From Takakia lepidozioides (lineage: Eukaryota > Plantae > Bryophyta), in assembly GCA_030704615.1 (NCBI GenBank), contig CM060731.1:66340001-66404000 (forward strand): DNA of 64,000 bases, in the 5' to 3' direction. The notes beneath the pieces were generated by a model. That model was not told the origin of the DNA. It worked only from the letters and a program-made list of their open reading frames with translations, and ran no database searches. Below, one piece after another: positions 1 through 12,926 of this stretch. Positions within the stretch are counted from its first letter, which is position 1, and every line of letters starts with the position of its first letter. A program made the position numbers and the translations under genes.

Positions 1-11
1 CCTAGCTGCAG

Positions 12-1913
12 TCACCTCGTGGCATGTCGGTGTGCCCCATTCCGACATGGGCCAAGGCACAAGTGGCTGCCATCACAGCCAGGGCAGTAATAGTGAGTAC
101 GAACTTGACACACAACACACAAACGCCGCCTTGTCGTGTGAAGGCACTTATGCACAAACGTGCATTCCACATCCCCAGTGGTGTCCATGTTGTTAGTGCA
201 GCAGCCCGCTGTCAATCCGTATGCCAAAACCAGATTGAATTCGAGATGTGTCATGACCGGGCGCCCCATCCTTCTCTCCATTGCAGAATGCAATATATAC
301 GCATTCACCACTGTGGTATCCAGAAGAAAGAAAACCCCACGATGCCACCACTTCTTTGTGCGCAGTTGCAAGCTATACGCACCCCTCAGCTGGTCCTGCA
401 CATCTACTCCTCGCATATACGTTTGGTATTGCACGTGAGCAGGCACGGATGACACAGACACTCTTTGGTTTCCCACAAAACGGTGTACAGTCACAGGAGA
501 GGAAGGGCTGCATGTTGGCCCGGCTGCAGTGACAGTAAAAAAACCCCATTCTTCTCCCACCATAACAAAGCAGCCACCTCCCTTGAATCATGCATCCTGT
601 ACCATGACTGCCCTTGCTTGACAGTCTTGGATTTCTTCATTTTCAGCAAAGAGGGAGGGAGACCCTTTCGGTTCAATCTGACTGTGCCAGTGGCCCAAGT
701 GCCAAGCTTCGCCAAGTCATACAGAAGCTGACCAGAGGTAAAGTAATTGTCAGTGACAGTGATATGGCCCAAACCATGCAGCCCTTCAGTCAGCCGGCAA
801 ACAACATCGTACCCTTCTCCCTTCCCACTTTTCTGCCTCTGGCCATCTGGCCCTCCTGCATTCTTACCAGAGTAAAAACAGAAATTGTAGACATATGAAG
901 TCTCCGAGTCAGCAGTGGCCCACACCTTTATGCCCCACTTGCATGGTTTCTTAGGCATATACATCCTAATTGGACGACATCTCCCCTTCTAACGAATCAT
1001 GACCTCATCAACGGTCACCATTTTGTTTAGATTCCAAAGGCTTTTACACCTATCAACAATCTCATCACACACCCACATTAGCTTTCCAAGCTTGTCGTAA
1101 TTGCGATTTTTCCGATCCGCCACCAAAGTGGCGTTGTCAACAAGATGCAAACAGCGGAGGATGGCCTCGTACCTATCTCTCATCATCACTTTGCGGATGA
1201 CAGGACAAAAGAAGAATTGCTCCGAATGTTGCCAGTACAAGCGAGTTCGGGGTAGCTTCTTCATGCCCATGAAGACACAAATGCCAATCCAAGCCCTCAA
1301 CTCACGAACAGTGAGGCTCTTTCCACTTAGGCCCCCCACGAGTGCCCGCACCCAAAGCCTCACATGCATAACGATTGGACTCCCTACATATCCGTGCAAG
1401 CACATGTTGTCTCCAAAACAAACGAAAGAACCAAACAAGATGTGAGCCCTTTATATCTGGCAGGCAAGGACCAGGTACAGGGCCAGTAACAACACCTCTA
1501 TCAATTGCAAACTCAGAGCAAACATTGGACTCCCTAGTCACATGCTTGAATATCTTGACAAAATCGGCGGTTGGCTCCTCATTGCACTCCATGTCAATCC
1601 CATCATTCTCCTAGTTGCATTCATCGGCAGAGTCCCCCATGTAGCCATCGTCACCCTCAAAATCCTCATCCATGTCCGACGAGGCCTCATCATGCCCAAA
1701 ACTCCCATTAGTAGACCCCTCCCCAAAATTCACAGTACCCCGCCCAGCACCCCCAGTATTGGGATGCAACTCCCCCAAAGCCACCCGACCCACGGCCACC
1801 ATCCTCCCCGGACTCAGAGACCCGCCAACACACCCCACATTCACCGGCAGACCACCAGCCTCTCCCCCAATCCCAGAATTCACTCCATGACTAGTTTTTT
1901 TTCCTGATGACAC
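12..1913 (-). pseudogene. piggyBac (PGBD4-like) DDD transposase, disrupted
   Basis: ORF pieces 1611-1913 and 1302-1592 share a frame (stop at 1611); 989-1438 and 491-964 share a frame (stop at 989); frameshifts near 1315 and 540 join the rest, ending in 12-563. Motifs: VTVDE, YMPKKPCKWGIK, TVTDNYFT, GTVRLNRKGLP, GVDVQDQL, KKWW and a C-terminal Cys-rich domain (CVVC...CPGC...LC...C). Confidence 0.9.
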
Positions 1914-1978
1914 CCTTGGGAGGTGCTGTCACACTTGTAGGAAGAGACCTCTTTGCACGAGCCAAAACCTTCAGACGA

Positions 1979-2338
1979 CTAACTGTTGGCATCGGGCCAA
2001 ACATCTTCTCTCAATACAGAATTCACAGCCTCACTAAAACTGTCATTGTCACCCTCCTCTCTTCTCTCTCTCCAACCTAGAACAAGAGCAACTTGACGTC
2101 TAAACAGGAAACGAAAGTTGTGAGGGCGAAGGTGGCGAGGCCAACGATTGGCACCTGGCGGGGGAAGCAAGCTTAACAAGAAGTCAGGAGAAAGATAGCC
2201 CAAGATTACCTTGCACTGCTCCTTAGTGCAATGTTGTTCCTGCATCGCCCATTCTCTTATAACCTGGGCTGCAGCTGCATGCTCGGGTGGAGGAGGTGGT
2301 GGCTCAGGTGCAGCAAGGGCCTTGCGCTTAGGCGCCAT
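1979..2338 (-). CDS. 119-aa accessory ORF inside the piggyBac element, function unknown
   Basis: Uninterrupted ATG-initiated ORF starting MAPKRK (NLS-like) plus poly-Pro, located between the terminus and the transposase, same strand. Confidence 0.45.
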   Translation of the reverse strand: MAPKRKALAAPEPPPPPPEHAAAAQVIREWAMQEQHCTKEQCKVILGYLSPDFLLSLLPPPGANRWPRHLRPHNFRFLFRRQVALVLGWRERREEGDNDSFSEAVNSVLREDVWPDANS

Positions 2339-4109
2339 TGATTCCCTACCAACCCAGACAGCTCACCCCAATCACTACAAGCCTACGTACAGAACAAAAA
2401 AACAAATCTGATGCCCACATCAAGAAACAGAAAACCCAACGGGCGGACATGCAGCCCCCGGTGGCACCCGTCGCCCCCGAACGCATGAACCCCACCCCAT
2501 CCAGCCGGCCACGTGGCAGGTCAACCCTACTGGAGGGCCCCAAATCACTGATTTTTGGGTACCCCCACGCTTTCCAAGAAATCCTGCGGGCAGTCCTTTA
2601 GGATTTTTGGGGTGCCATCAACATAGGGGGGGCGTAGAATTTAAGTTCCTACATTTTTCATTCAGGGCTCGAATTCATCCGAATTCATCTCGATGAGTTT
2701 CATCCAATCAAAATCTTCCGGCAACCTGATTCAGGTCGCCTCGTCCATTAGGGGTTAATTAGATGATTATTAGCATTTCTCCTGTCACTCTTAGCGTGGG
2801 TGCTTGGAAATACCTTTGTAGCATTCGTCACGACGGGTTCGATCACTGGAGTCGGATTTGTGTCACTGGAGTCAGATGAGGAGGCCGTCTTGGTTTGGTA
2901 ATCTGGAGTTATCTTCTGTTGACTTAGTCCCTTTTCATTTGGTTTCCTAACAGCGCTACTCAGAGTATCGGTATGCTGTCTTTCACCTTCTTGAGAAACT
3001 GGACATGACGATATTGTTGTTATTAAAACACATTTTGTTCATGACAAAAGTGAGCTTTAGGATGAGGGACAGGTTCAATTGTGGAGACGTTTATGCAAGT
3101 TGTGGTACTCAGGAGTTTGCGGGTATGAAGGACCATGGTACTGTACGAGGATCGTTCTGTACAATCTGTGGGAGGACGATCAAGGCCAACTGGAGCTGGA
3201 CTTCAAAACAGACCCTGAGTGAACGGTTGCTAGTGCCTGATCATAGTTGTCAGATTTTCTAAGACGGTCTGAATCAAGAATGCTTAGAGGTGTAAACTGT
3301 CGGTAGTGGAGTCTGAAAGAGATCTTCGTCTTACTATCATCGCGGTGCTAATTTGTTGCCATGTTTTCAAGCAAAGTGGGTAGCCATGAATTCTTGTCTG
3401 GAAGACACTCGTTTGAAGCCTGAATGAAGCCAGGGCAACAGTTGTGAGAGCACGCCCGAGTGTACAGGTCCCACAGAAGGCAGAGACAGCCAGGACAGGA
3501 ACATATGTGCCTCTGAAAAGTCCTTTGCCAACACAATATTCATGAGTAGTACTATACGAATGGCTTATAGGGGGTTCCGAAGTGGAGGTACATGTTAGAA
3601 CGGATCAGTACACGTGTGGCCTCGTACTCATGTTAAATGTCTGTTTTGATACTTTTATAGGGAACGCATCAACTTGCCAGAATTCCAGTAGTGTTGGGGA
3701 ACAGGGATTGAAAGGAAGGCATTCTACGTTCTTCAGGAAGACTAAAAGGAACAGTTGGGAGTGTCCTCACCATGCAGCACCCTGTTATAGCGGCGACAGT
3801 CATGGCTACCCAAGGCAAGGAGAGTCCCAGACGCAGAAGTTGTTGCAGAACTGTCTTGCCAAGAGTGGTTGAATCTGTCAATCTTCATGGCAATGGTCAA
3901 CCATGCTAATATTTCATATCCATCACTTTTTTGGGAGGTTTGCACTTTTGCACATCCAGTAGTGAAAAAAAAACTTCGCCCAAGCATCAAATAAAAAGTT
4001 GGCGAACAGCCGTGCAAGGACTATGTTCTTGATGTAAGTGAAGAGGGTCGCTCTCAGATGGGAGTGTACACCGGAAATGTATCAGAAAATGTTTAGTCTT
4101 CAGGCTTCC

Positions 4110-4390
4110 CGCTCGTCGGGCATTGACAGGCTACCTTTCCTCTCTGCATCTGTTTGTTTGTTCAAAGGTACACTCCCCGACCTGCATTTCAATTTCAGTC
4201 TATTGCCAAGAGTAGAGAGAGCGAAATGTACTCATACCATGTTTGCCATTGCATTGTGGCCATTTACCCAGTCCGTGCCCAGTTTGGGCGGAACAGGGAG
4301 GGGTGTGTGTGAGGGAGAAAGTACTCATGATAGCCTTGTGGCCATAGACCCTGCACCCAGATTGGGCAGAACAAAGAGGAAGAGAGAGTC
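4110..4390 (-). mobile_element. LINE family A 3' fragments
   Basis: Matches the RLKFKLRAGSLPL-encoding segment and the GTACTCATA...TTGTGGCCAT..ACCC...CCCAGTTTG 3' terminus seen at 38110-38300 and 39390-39850. Flanked by GA-rich tracts. Confidence 0.75.
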
Positions 4391-7300
4391 ATGACACTGG
4401 TTGCTAAAACCTTGCCAGCCCTAGACCCCGCCCCAAAGCAGAAGATGGACATGGCGAGGAGGAAACAACAAGTAGAACTGCGAAACCACTTCAATCCATG
4501 CCCCCATCAAAGGGACCTATCTTCATTTACAAAGTCAGACTTACCCAGCCAGAGTTACCTTTGAAAGTTCTTACCGTAGCATCAGCTTGGTGCCAACTGG
4601 GGTTCACCGCATATATGACTGAGAGTACATCCTACCCGGAGATATTTCATAGGAGATGTTCTTTCAACTTCCCAAAAGCTCTAACTCTTTGGAGACTCCA
4701 CTGCTTAAGTATTACTCTCGTTCCTCTCCAGAGCTGCACACAGAATTTAAACAAATAGACTGTTACATGCAGCTCCTGCCATGACGTGTTACTGAGAGAC
4801 AGATGTAACAAACTAACTGCCAGCATGCTCATGAGTACAAACAACAGGGCAAAGCTTAAACTACTTTGCATGTCTATTACCTCCTTATCAACTGATTCAA
4901 CTCTGTTTTCCACAACTATATCCCACCTCGAACGAAGACTAAAAGCCCAACTTCAACCTGAGATTTCCTCTTTACTTATTGCATCGAATGCAGGACAATG
5001 TAAATCCCTATTCCTGTGACAAGGAATCTCCCCTAATACAACATGTAAGAGGGTGGTCTGTCTAACAGAGGTTGGAGATAAAGAACAGCCCTTTGTCCAC
5101 TGCGTAGCATCTAACGGTTGCACTTAGGCCCAATTTAAATCGATGTCCCTCGGACAAAACAGGGTACGCGTTCGACATATGACTTACCGTTGTAATTCAA
5201 GAGCTTTTCGATGAGACCCACATGGTCATTAGCATGCGCCGGCAGCAGTAGCGTACCAAACCCAATCCGTCCAGCGCATCTCTGTCCAATATCCAGCCCC
5301 ACACATCCAAGCTCAGCATCTTCCAGTAACAACGTAAGAAAATAACCAATCTGCGAGAAATCGGCAGAAAACTTCACTCGTTGACCTGGCTAAAAGCGAG
5401 TACATCGTCGGGGAATTCCAGGCACAGTACTCTTACCCATTCGGAATACTCGGCTTGCAAAAGGTCCACAGACGTATCCCACTTGTGCCAAATCACATCC
5501 TCCACCAACTCAACCCACAAGTCAGTCTTGCCATCGCCTTCCTTCTGTGTCTCTGTCTGGAGTATACAGTACTCTCCGCCTCCTGCCCGAGATGGACACA
5601 AATGAGGACAGGTCCATGCCTTGCCACAGGTGAAGAAGCATCGCACTGGGATCAGCGAGATGCACCGCCAGCTCCACTCAAGCCGAGCGAGAGAGACAGA
5701 CACTGAAAGCCTTGGAAAAGGAGAGAGAGGACCCAGGGGGCTTTGGATTAGGGTTTAGGAAGACAGTTCATCCAACTTCAAACAGCATTCATCGACTCCT
5801 TGCCTCACACGCTTCATCAACCTATTGGCAGCTTGCAGAGTGATGATCATTGGGGTGGCTGATTGAGAATTTGAGCAAATACAAACAAGAGCCGCAGACA
5901 CTGCAATGCCTATGACGTCTCCACTCTCCACCACCTCGCACATCTCCACTAGAATACCTTATATTCATTGCAGCCGCGCTGAGAATGCTCCACTTGTGGG
6001 GCCCCGAAACATAGATAAATGTTTACAAGAGACAATACCAATCATGCCATCACTCAACCCCAACTCCAAAGCTAGCTAGCTGGCTAGCTCTGTAATCAAC
6101 ACGCCCCACCTAACACCACCCAACTTCGCATTTTGTTGCTCATAATTTCTGTCCAGTGTGGATGTCAGTGCAGACACTGCGCACTGTTGCTAGCGACAAG
6201 CACACTGAATACCTTGTGGGCGGCCACCCAAGATTAGCACCGTACACCTAGTCATTGCGCACTCTGATCTCTCCTCGACCTCTGTGCACCACTGCACCCT
6301 CATACCTCATACCTACACAACACTGCAGACCTCCCCCCTGTGCTGCAGTAAGTATCACTGCAGCAGCCAATAAAACACAGCAGGTGTGAGATCTAGAGAG
6401 AGGAGCTGTTATACTAAGGTTTCCCTATCCTCTAATCGGCTGAGAGTGAAAGAGATTGTGATGTGACGAGGGGAGACGAATTGAGTGAATGATCATTGGG
6501 AGGGTTAGCTACTTACTGTTTACATCAGAAGGCGAGTTGGGAATCGGGATGTTGGGATGCGATAGCAAGTGGATGATCATTGATTAAGCAGACACGCTGC
6601 CTGATCTCCACGCCAACTCTCGGCACGTGCAGAAGATTACAGACTTTACTCGCGAGCGCTGCGCTTCTCACTCGCACTAACAATCTTGTCTTACTCGGCC
6701 TGCGTTGCGATCATAATCACCACAATCTTTGCAGCCCTCGCAGCAGTCTTGCGATCTCTCCATCACTGCACCCGTGATGAGCCTGCTGCAGCGAGAGAGA
6801 CGGGTTAGCGCTAATTACGTGCTAACCTAACCTAACCTAACCCAACCCCGTAGTTAGCGTCCATAACTACCGGCTGCTGTCATAACGCCATTGGCCGCCC
6901 AAAGCAGCTGTAATCTATAAACGGTTAGGCGCCCGCCGAGCTTGACCATTTCCGGTGCCCTACATTTATTTATTTATTACTTCAATATTGGCTTTAATAT
7001 TCATGCAATCATTTATAGGCGAATTAAAAAAAGAGAGTTTAAAAATGATATATCGGTAGGATGAGAAGGAAAAAGCAAAAGGGTTCAAGAATTATTCCGT
7101 GCTCTGGATTCTCTGGAATGTCGTAAAATAATGGGCCCTGCTGTCGCATAAATTCGAAACGCGAAATTCCCTCTATTTTTGAAACGGGCATGATTTATAT
7201 CATTTATGGGGTTTTTTTAGGCCGGCTGAGTCCGGCTGGCAGAGAATAATGGTAATTTCAAAAATATCTAAAAGAAACTATTATCGGGTAGAAAAGCAGT

Positions 7301-7846
7301 TGGCACGTGCGGAGGGGGCCCGGCCCGACCGCGGGCTGACAGGGCGCGGGGCCGTCCGGGATCTTGGTCGTCGGACGGCGAAGGGATCGACGGAGGATAA
7401 AACTCCGGCGATCCGATCGTACGATGGTACGCTGCATATTCCGATCGTGCGACGACGTGGCCGCCGGCGATGCGGTCCCCGGCCGCCGGCATCCTGCGCT
7501 TTTCGTTACGAGGCCGCCAAGCTCGCCTCTCCGAAGGATTTCTTGCTCTCTCTCTCTCTCAGAGAGAAAGCTCGAGAGAGAGATAGAGAGATCTCTCTGT
7601 CTCAAGACTTGGTCTTTCTCGTTGTTGTTTGCAGGTACTTGGTTGCCGAACTTATCTCGGCTGTTCGTTTTTTTCTTATTAGAGCATCCCCATCCCCATC
7701 TCCATCTCCATCCCCATCCGCAGAGAGAATTGTGGTGGAGTTCTGAGTTCTGAGGAGCAAGGTTTGTGATTTGTCTCTGTACTAGGGGATCTTGTGGTGT
7801 GGTAGGAGGAGGGGGTGAAGTGGAGCCCGTTTCTTGTGTGGGAAGG

Positions 7847-9031
7847 ATGGAGGGTGGAGAGGGAGCGTTTGAGAGTAATAAGAAGGCGAGTCAGGCATGC
7901 AAAGCGGGGTTGAATGGAGAGGAGGGAGATGGGCACAAGGTACAGGTAGCGACACAATGTCCTGATGCGGCTTTGTGGACTGTTCTTCCCAAGGATGTGA
8001 TGGAGAAGGTGTTGGCTTTTCTGCCTCTTCATACTCTTTTTCAGGCTCGGTGTGTGTGCAAGGGGTGGCAGAACATCGGTTTTTCGAACAACTTGGTGAA
8101 GTTGCGGTCGGAGATTCCGTCGTCAAGCCCGTACTTTCCTGTGTTTATATCTAAAGGTGACGATCGGCGGTGGTGTGCGTATGACCATGCGGAAAGCAAG
8201 TGGCTGCATCTGCCGCCGCTGACGTTTCTGCCTGGCGAAGCGAAGCGGATTATAACTGGAGGGGGAGGGCTGCTGTGTTTCAGTGAAAGCCCGAATGCTA
8301 AACTGAAGAGTGTGTATGTTTGTAATCCCATGACTAAAAGCTCGAAGGTGCTACCGCCTTTGTCGAATGATTGGGAGCCGGGAATTACGCACATGGTTGT
8401 GGATGCGCAGAAGAATTCCTATAAGGTGATTGTGGCTTGCGCCCAGTACGTGGAGAACACTCATGTGTACGATTCTCAGCGGAATTCTTGGCTGGCGACC
8501 AGTTGCCTGCCCTCCCATTTCCTGTTGTGGGAGAGGCGCAGCAGTGCGTTCTGCAATGGGTTACTGTATTGCGTGGCTCTCGAAATTGGCGGTACGAACA
8601 TGGAAGGGTTGATCGCGTTTGATATGGTGACAGGGGTGTGGACCGATGTGCATGAACTCCCTCGAGGCATAAGAGATGATCCTTATGTGCTGTCCTGTGG
8701 AGGCCGCGTCTTGCTGGTGGCTGCACAGAAGAATACCAATGGCCGCCTAACCAGCATCCGCATAGTTGAGTTCGATCCACAAACCAAGGCATTTCTGGAG
8801 GTAACGGAAATGCCTCAAAACGTCCTCTTAGAAGTCTTCAGGTGCAGGGGAGGTTGGAAACCCGTGGCTCATGGTGACCGCATCTGCGTGGCCTCCCACA
8901 AGACCTTGCAAGCTGCAGTTTATGACATGTCCCGAAGAGTTTGGCTGGAGCTGCCCAAGTGTCCTCTGAAAAATACCAAGGTAGACATCGCTGCATTCTG
9001 CTTTGAACCCAGTTTAGACACTTTGACATAG
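7847..9031 (+). CDS. F-box/kelch-type beta-propeller protein, intronless CDS
   Basis: F-box LWTVLPKDVMEKVLAFLP...ARCVCKGW followed by kelch-like repeats (GGGLLCF, VYVCNPMTK, VYDS...W). First ATG at 7847; probable 5'UTR intron ~7635-7785. Confidence 0.9.
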   Translation: MEGGEGAFESNKKASQACKAGLNGEEGDGHKVQVATQCPDAALWTVLPKDVMEKVLAFLPLHTLFQARCVCKGWQNIGFSNNLVKLRSEIPSSSPYFPVFISKGDDRRWCAYDHAESKWLHLPPLTFLPGEAKRIITGGGGLLCFSESPNAKLKSVYVCNPMTKSSKVLPPLSNDWEPGITHMVVDAQKNSYKVIVACAQYVENTHVYDSQRNSWLATSCLPSHFLLWERRSSAFCNGLLYCVALEIGGTNMEGLIAFDMVTGVWTDVHELPRGIRDDPYVLSCGGRVLLVAAQKNTNGRLTSIRIVEFDPQTKAFLEVTEMPQNVLLEVFRCRGGWKPVAHGDRICVASHKTLQAAVYDMSRRVWLELPKCPLKNTKVDIAAFCFEPSLDTLT

Positions 9032-10979
9032 TGCTTACCACGGCTTGTGTGTGATAAGGATTGGACACCGCTCCCTCGCAACTTGAGGGGCTGATATTTT
9101 GTATGCTTGTCATCAGCTCGTGCCCCCTTAGATAGTTGTAGGGTAGCTCTCGCTAGGAATTTTTTATTTGCCGAGATTCTCATTTTAGAGCCCTGTGATT
9201 GTGGCCTAGCTGCCAGCATGAAGGGTTTCACAGGGATGTCCCGCCCCTGGGACTTGTGAATATCTTTGAAGGGTGTTATATCCTGTCAATGTAGTGCGAG
9301 GACTTGTCAGGGGTTTGGTGATGTTTTTACTTTTATATCACAGGTAAAGTGATTGGAGGACGTCTAGCTTTGCTTGTCATGGTCAGCTTTGTGTGCTTGA
9401 TTGAATGAGATGGTTTTCTTCTCTAATGAGAAGCTTGGAGTCGACAAGGACTGCAAAGTTTGTTCAATCCAGTTCCATTAGTATGTCAAGGAGAGTTAGG
9501 GAAGTCTGTGCAAGACCTTTGTTTGGTCCTCCATCTTTTGTGGCTGCATTCATACTTCTTTAGATTTCATTAGCAGACCACTATGGGATCCACACAACTT
9601 TCACTCTATTGTTAAGACTAGTGGGTGCACACCGCCACAGTAACAGCGCTGCCTCTTTCTGGAATTTCCTGTATTATTAGTCTGCAACTGTATGGCACGT
9701 TTCATCTCAGAGGGGAAACCATTGACTGTTTAGTTGGATCTATGAGTTTATAATCTGCTATTTCTTAATTCTGGAACGTGTGAGGCCTACATGCCTCGAG
9801 TTTTGCCAATACAAAGAGGTGAGGTACCTGCAGAGCATGAAGGGTAGGGGAGATATGCCCACCACTAAGCACCATCCCCGCCCGATCACATGGATCAATG
9901 ATTGTTTGAAGGGAAGGATGCTTCCAGATGGAAATGAAAGTAAAGATAGGAGGGACATTTGGTGATGAGAAACCAAGAGAAACGTGGAGAGTGAAGGATG
10001 AAGGATGCCGGTTGAGTATGCAGCAGTTTGAGAGCAGAGATTTGGTGCACAACTACTCTGACAGGCTATTCAAAGACTTGCAAACAAGTGGATAGGAGCA
10101 TTCAATGAGTACTGTGGTTCACATTCTGTGGGCTGTATAATTGCTAATGAACTCCTCAAATAGAGTCCACCAATGTGCCCTTCTAATTGAGTGGGAAGAC
10201 AGGGCCGGTTAACCCGAATCTAATTAATTCTTGAGAAATGTGCACCCCAGTTTGAAGAGAATTAAATCAGCCAGAGAGATCTGTCATCTTAGAGATGAAG
10301 CTTGAAAAGGTTTTAACTTATGTGTGCAACGACTCTGCTTAAATGTTTATGATCCCCCTTGAGTTTTGGGCAATATGAAATCGAAAACCCTGAGTCCCCG
10401 AAGTTGGAAAGAATGATTCTTGAACTGAGAAACTAGGTGGGTGTTGGCTTCAGCAATGAATTGGGGACATGACTGCTGAACTTGCTCTTTGAGGTCCGAG
10501 GTCCAGAGCAGAGTCCAAAGCTGTCACGCGTATGGAGTACAACTGCAAATCTCCAGGGAAACACATGCTAGCAAGACACTCTGCCGACATCTCAAGCCTC
10601 AACGAAGAAAGGAAAGTGACTCGTGAATTGGAGAAAGTTGATGGTACAGCAAAGGCTCCCACCAAGACAAGCAGCGACTAGAGTGTGAACCAAAGCATGC
10701 GTGTACTATGCTCCCGTCCACACGTCAATTTACTTCTACTGCCATTCTGTTTGGAAAACGTGCTTTCCATTAAAGGGTGCGCTTCAGAGGAGCAGCTTTT
10801 ATTCGCAAATGTGTAGTGCAGACAGTGTCCGGCATTTAAGCGCGCCCAAAAGGAGGCCATGGCCGTGCGAGGCGTGCAAGGCTCGCCATGCTCAACCGAG
10901 TATAAGCAACAGTACAATTCATTCAATATCCTCTCCTAACCAGCACTCCACGCCTCCTCGCAGTTGCCAGAATGCGTTA

Positions 10980-11900
10980 ATCACAGACAGGAAGATGTGA
11001 CTCTTGTCCATTATCTAGAGGCCCAAATCCAAACCTCAGTGCAATAAGATTGGCGTAAGATTGAACCCATGATGAGCTTTGATGCCCCGCTTCTGATAAC
11101 TTGTAACCTCCAGAATGCAAAGGGCTAATGGCAAAAGCGTTAGAGCCCAGTAGTACTGATGAGGCTTCCCGTAGCAACGTGCATAGTACGTGAAGGCTGA
11201 GAATGCCTGCAGCAGCAGATGAAAAGCAAAACCGAGTACCACGGCCGTGGATTGACGGCAGACATATAGCGGATCTAAGACGGTGTTGCAGCGCAGGCCT
11301 CCTATGTTGTATGTGCTCCTTGCCTTTACTGCCCCCGTCCTTGCTTCTGTTGGGCTTCCCTTCCTTCACTCATCATGTCAGTCCCCTCTCTTTCCAGCCG
11401 CCATCTTCACGCCCCTCTTTTTGATTCTTCTGCTATGCCCACTACGGTGGTCAGTGGTGGAGCCCAATTTGGACATGGGGCCGCATTTCAATCCAATCAA
11501 GTTATTCTTGGTCTCATCATGATGTTCTTCACTCTGTCTTTTCCAATGACTCACTCAATCCCGCACAAAAGTCTGCCATAAACTCCTACAGTCTCTCCAT
11601 TGATACTGTCATCTGTGTTTCCAGACATCCTCTTTTCCCACCATCTCAATCAAATGGGTTGTATCCGAATAATGATACTTGGGCAGCCCACATTTGTGAG
11701 TCGTGAGTCTGATGACCCACCCCAAGCATTCAACAAAGTCTTGTAGCCCTCAGAACAACCCAATGACCATCCATTCTTCAAATGGGTATCTTCACCGAAC
11801 CCACAGAACACATAGGCTAATACCTTATGCATTTGCGGAATGGTGGTCCAAAAGTGAACTAGATATGATTCCTGGCTTGCATCATTGCTACCCCTGATTC
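10980..11900 (-). mobile_element. possible decayed retrotransposon gag remnant
   Basis: Broken minus-strand frames give FCGFGED/PFEEWM, LRWWEKR and WQTF pieces reminiscent of Ty3/gypsy gag. Many stops; no LTRs recognised. Confidence 0.3.
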
Positions 11901-12926
11901 CGGGAACTGAATTTGGAATATTGTAGTAATTGCTCCCATGCATCTTCTGGTGCTGGGAATGGAGAGGATTGAGCATCCATCCATTTGCCGGTTGGGGATT
12001 GGGCTTACTGTGGCATTGCCTCCCATTAACTTGCAGTTGCTTATGAGTGCACTATAAGGCTGCACCCAGTCCTTCATCACCATGCCTCACACCACCTTGC
12101 CATTATCTTCTTGCCATTACCTTGCTGGGTAACAAAAGCTTCAACTGTCAACAAGGATACATGTGTAACTGTCGCATGCCAATGTAACAGTTCACATGGT
12201 CAAGGCAAGGACTGTGCTTGCACTCTCATGAATTTGATGCCATATTTTCACACATGTTGCTGGTGTGGGAGTGGGGGCCGTTTGATGATGTGGTTATCAT
12301 GCTAGCAATCAAGGCCCATCCCAAATTCAAGATCATTTTGTAGGCCAGAAGGAGGCCTTGGTGTGAGTGGGCTATCATGTACATTGAAGGATTTCTCTCA
12401 AGTGTACAACTGATGATTTCTCTTGATCATCATAGCTACAGGAAGGATGCCATTCATGACTCTTTGGCTTCCCTTCTATATAACATGGCATCCATGAAGT
12501 TCCAACGGCAATGAGTGTGTCAAGAAGCTTGACTTGATGTGCATAGTGATCCCAATGTTATGCTCATCGTCGGCCGCACACATCTTACTAAGTATCCAAA
12601 CAAAACCTAGGTAACCTTACCTTCAAAGCTACATATGTGTATGGTGGATGTCATTCTAGCCAACCCAACTTGGAAAGGGAGTTCATTGGGTCACCAATAT
12701 GTGGGCTCGCCAGCGCTTTTGATTATGTCCATAAAAAGTTGCCTACATTCCAAACGGGAGGCAATAGAGTGACCACTTGATCCATTTGAGGTTCATACCA
12801 GTGTTGGGCGGGTATGACAATTTGGGCATATTGAAGGGTCCCGGTAAGGCATCTTTGCCTTAAAACGGTGTGGAGGCGGTTATATATAATGTATTATATA
12901 TAATGTAGGGGTTGGGCGGTTACAGG

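Larger units (their letters stand above)
1..2754 (-). mobile_element. piggyBac-superfamily DNA transposon (one terminus visible; the other lies beyond the window start)
   Basis: The terminus ...CATTAGGGG|TTAA (TTAA at 2755-2758) reads TTAA|CCCCTAATG on the minus strand, a canonical piggyBac end and target site. It contains a decayed transposase (12-1913) and an extra ORF (1979-2338). Confidence 0.85.

Noticed and set aside
5135-5949. minus-strand ORFs near a telobox-like AAACCCTAA
   Set aside because: No recognisable domain or consistent exon structure; cannot support a gene call.
6822-6848. (CCTAA)n telomere-like repeat
   Set aside because: Only about four units and interstitial; likely a simple repeat or TE subterminal sequence.
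7249-7753. several overlapping 110-165 aa ORFs upstream of the F-box gene
   Set aside because: Explained by GC-rich promoter sequence and CT/GA microsatellites; no domain signal.
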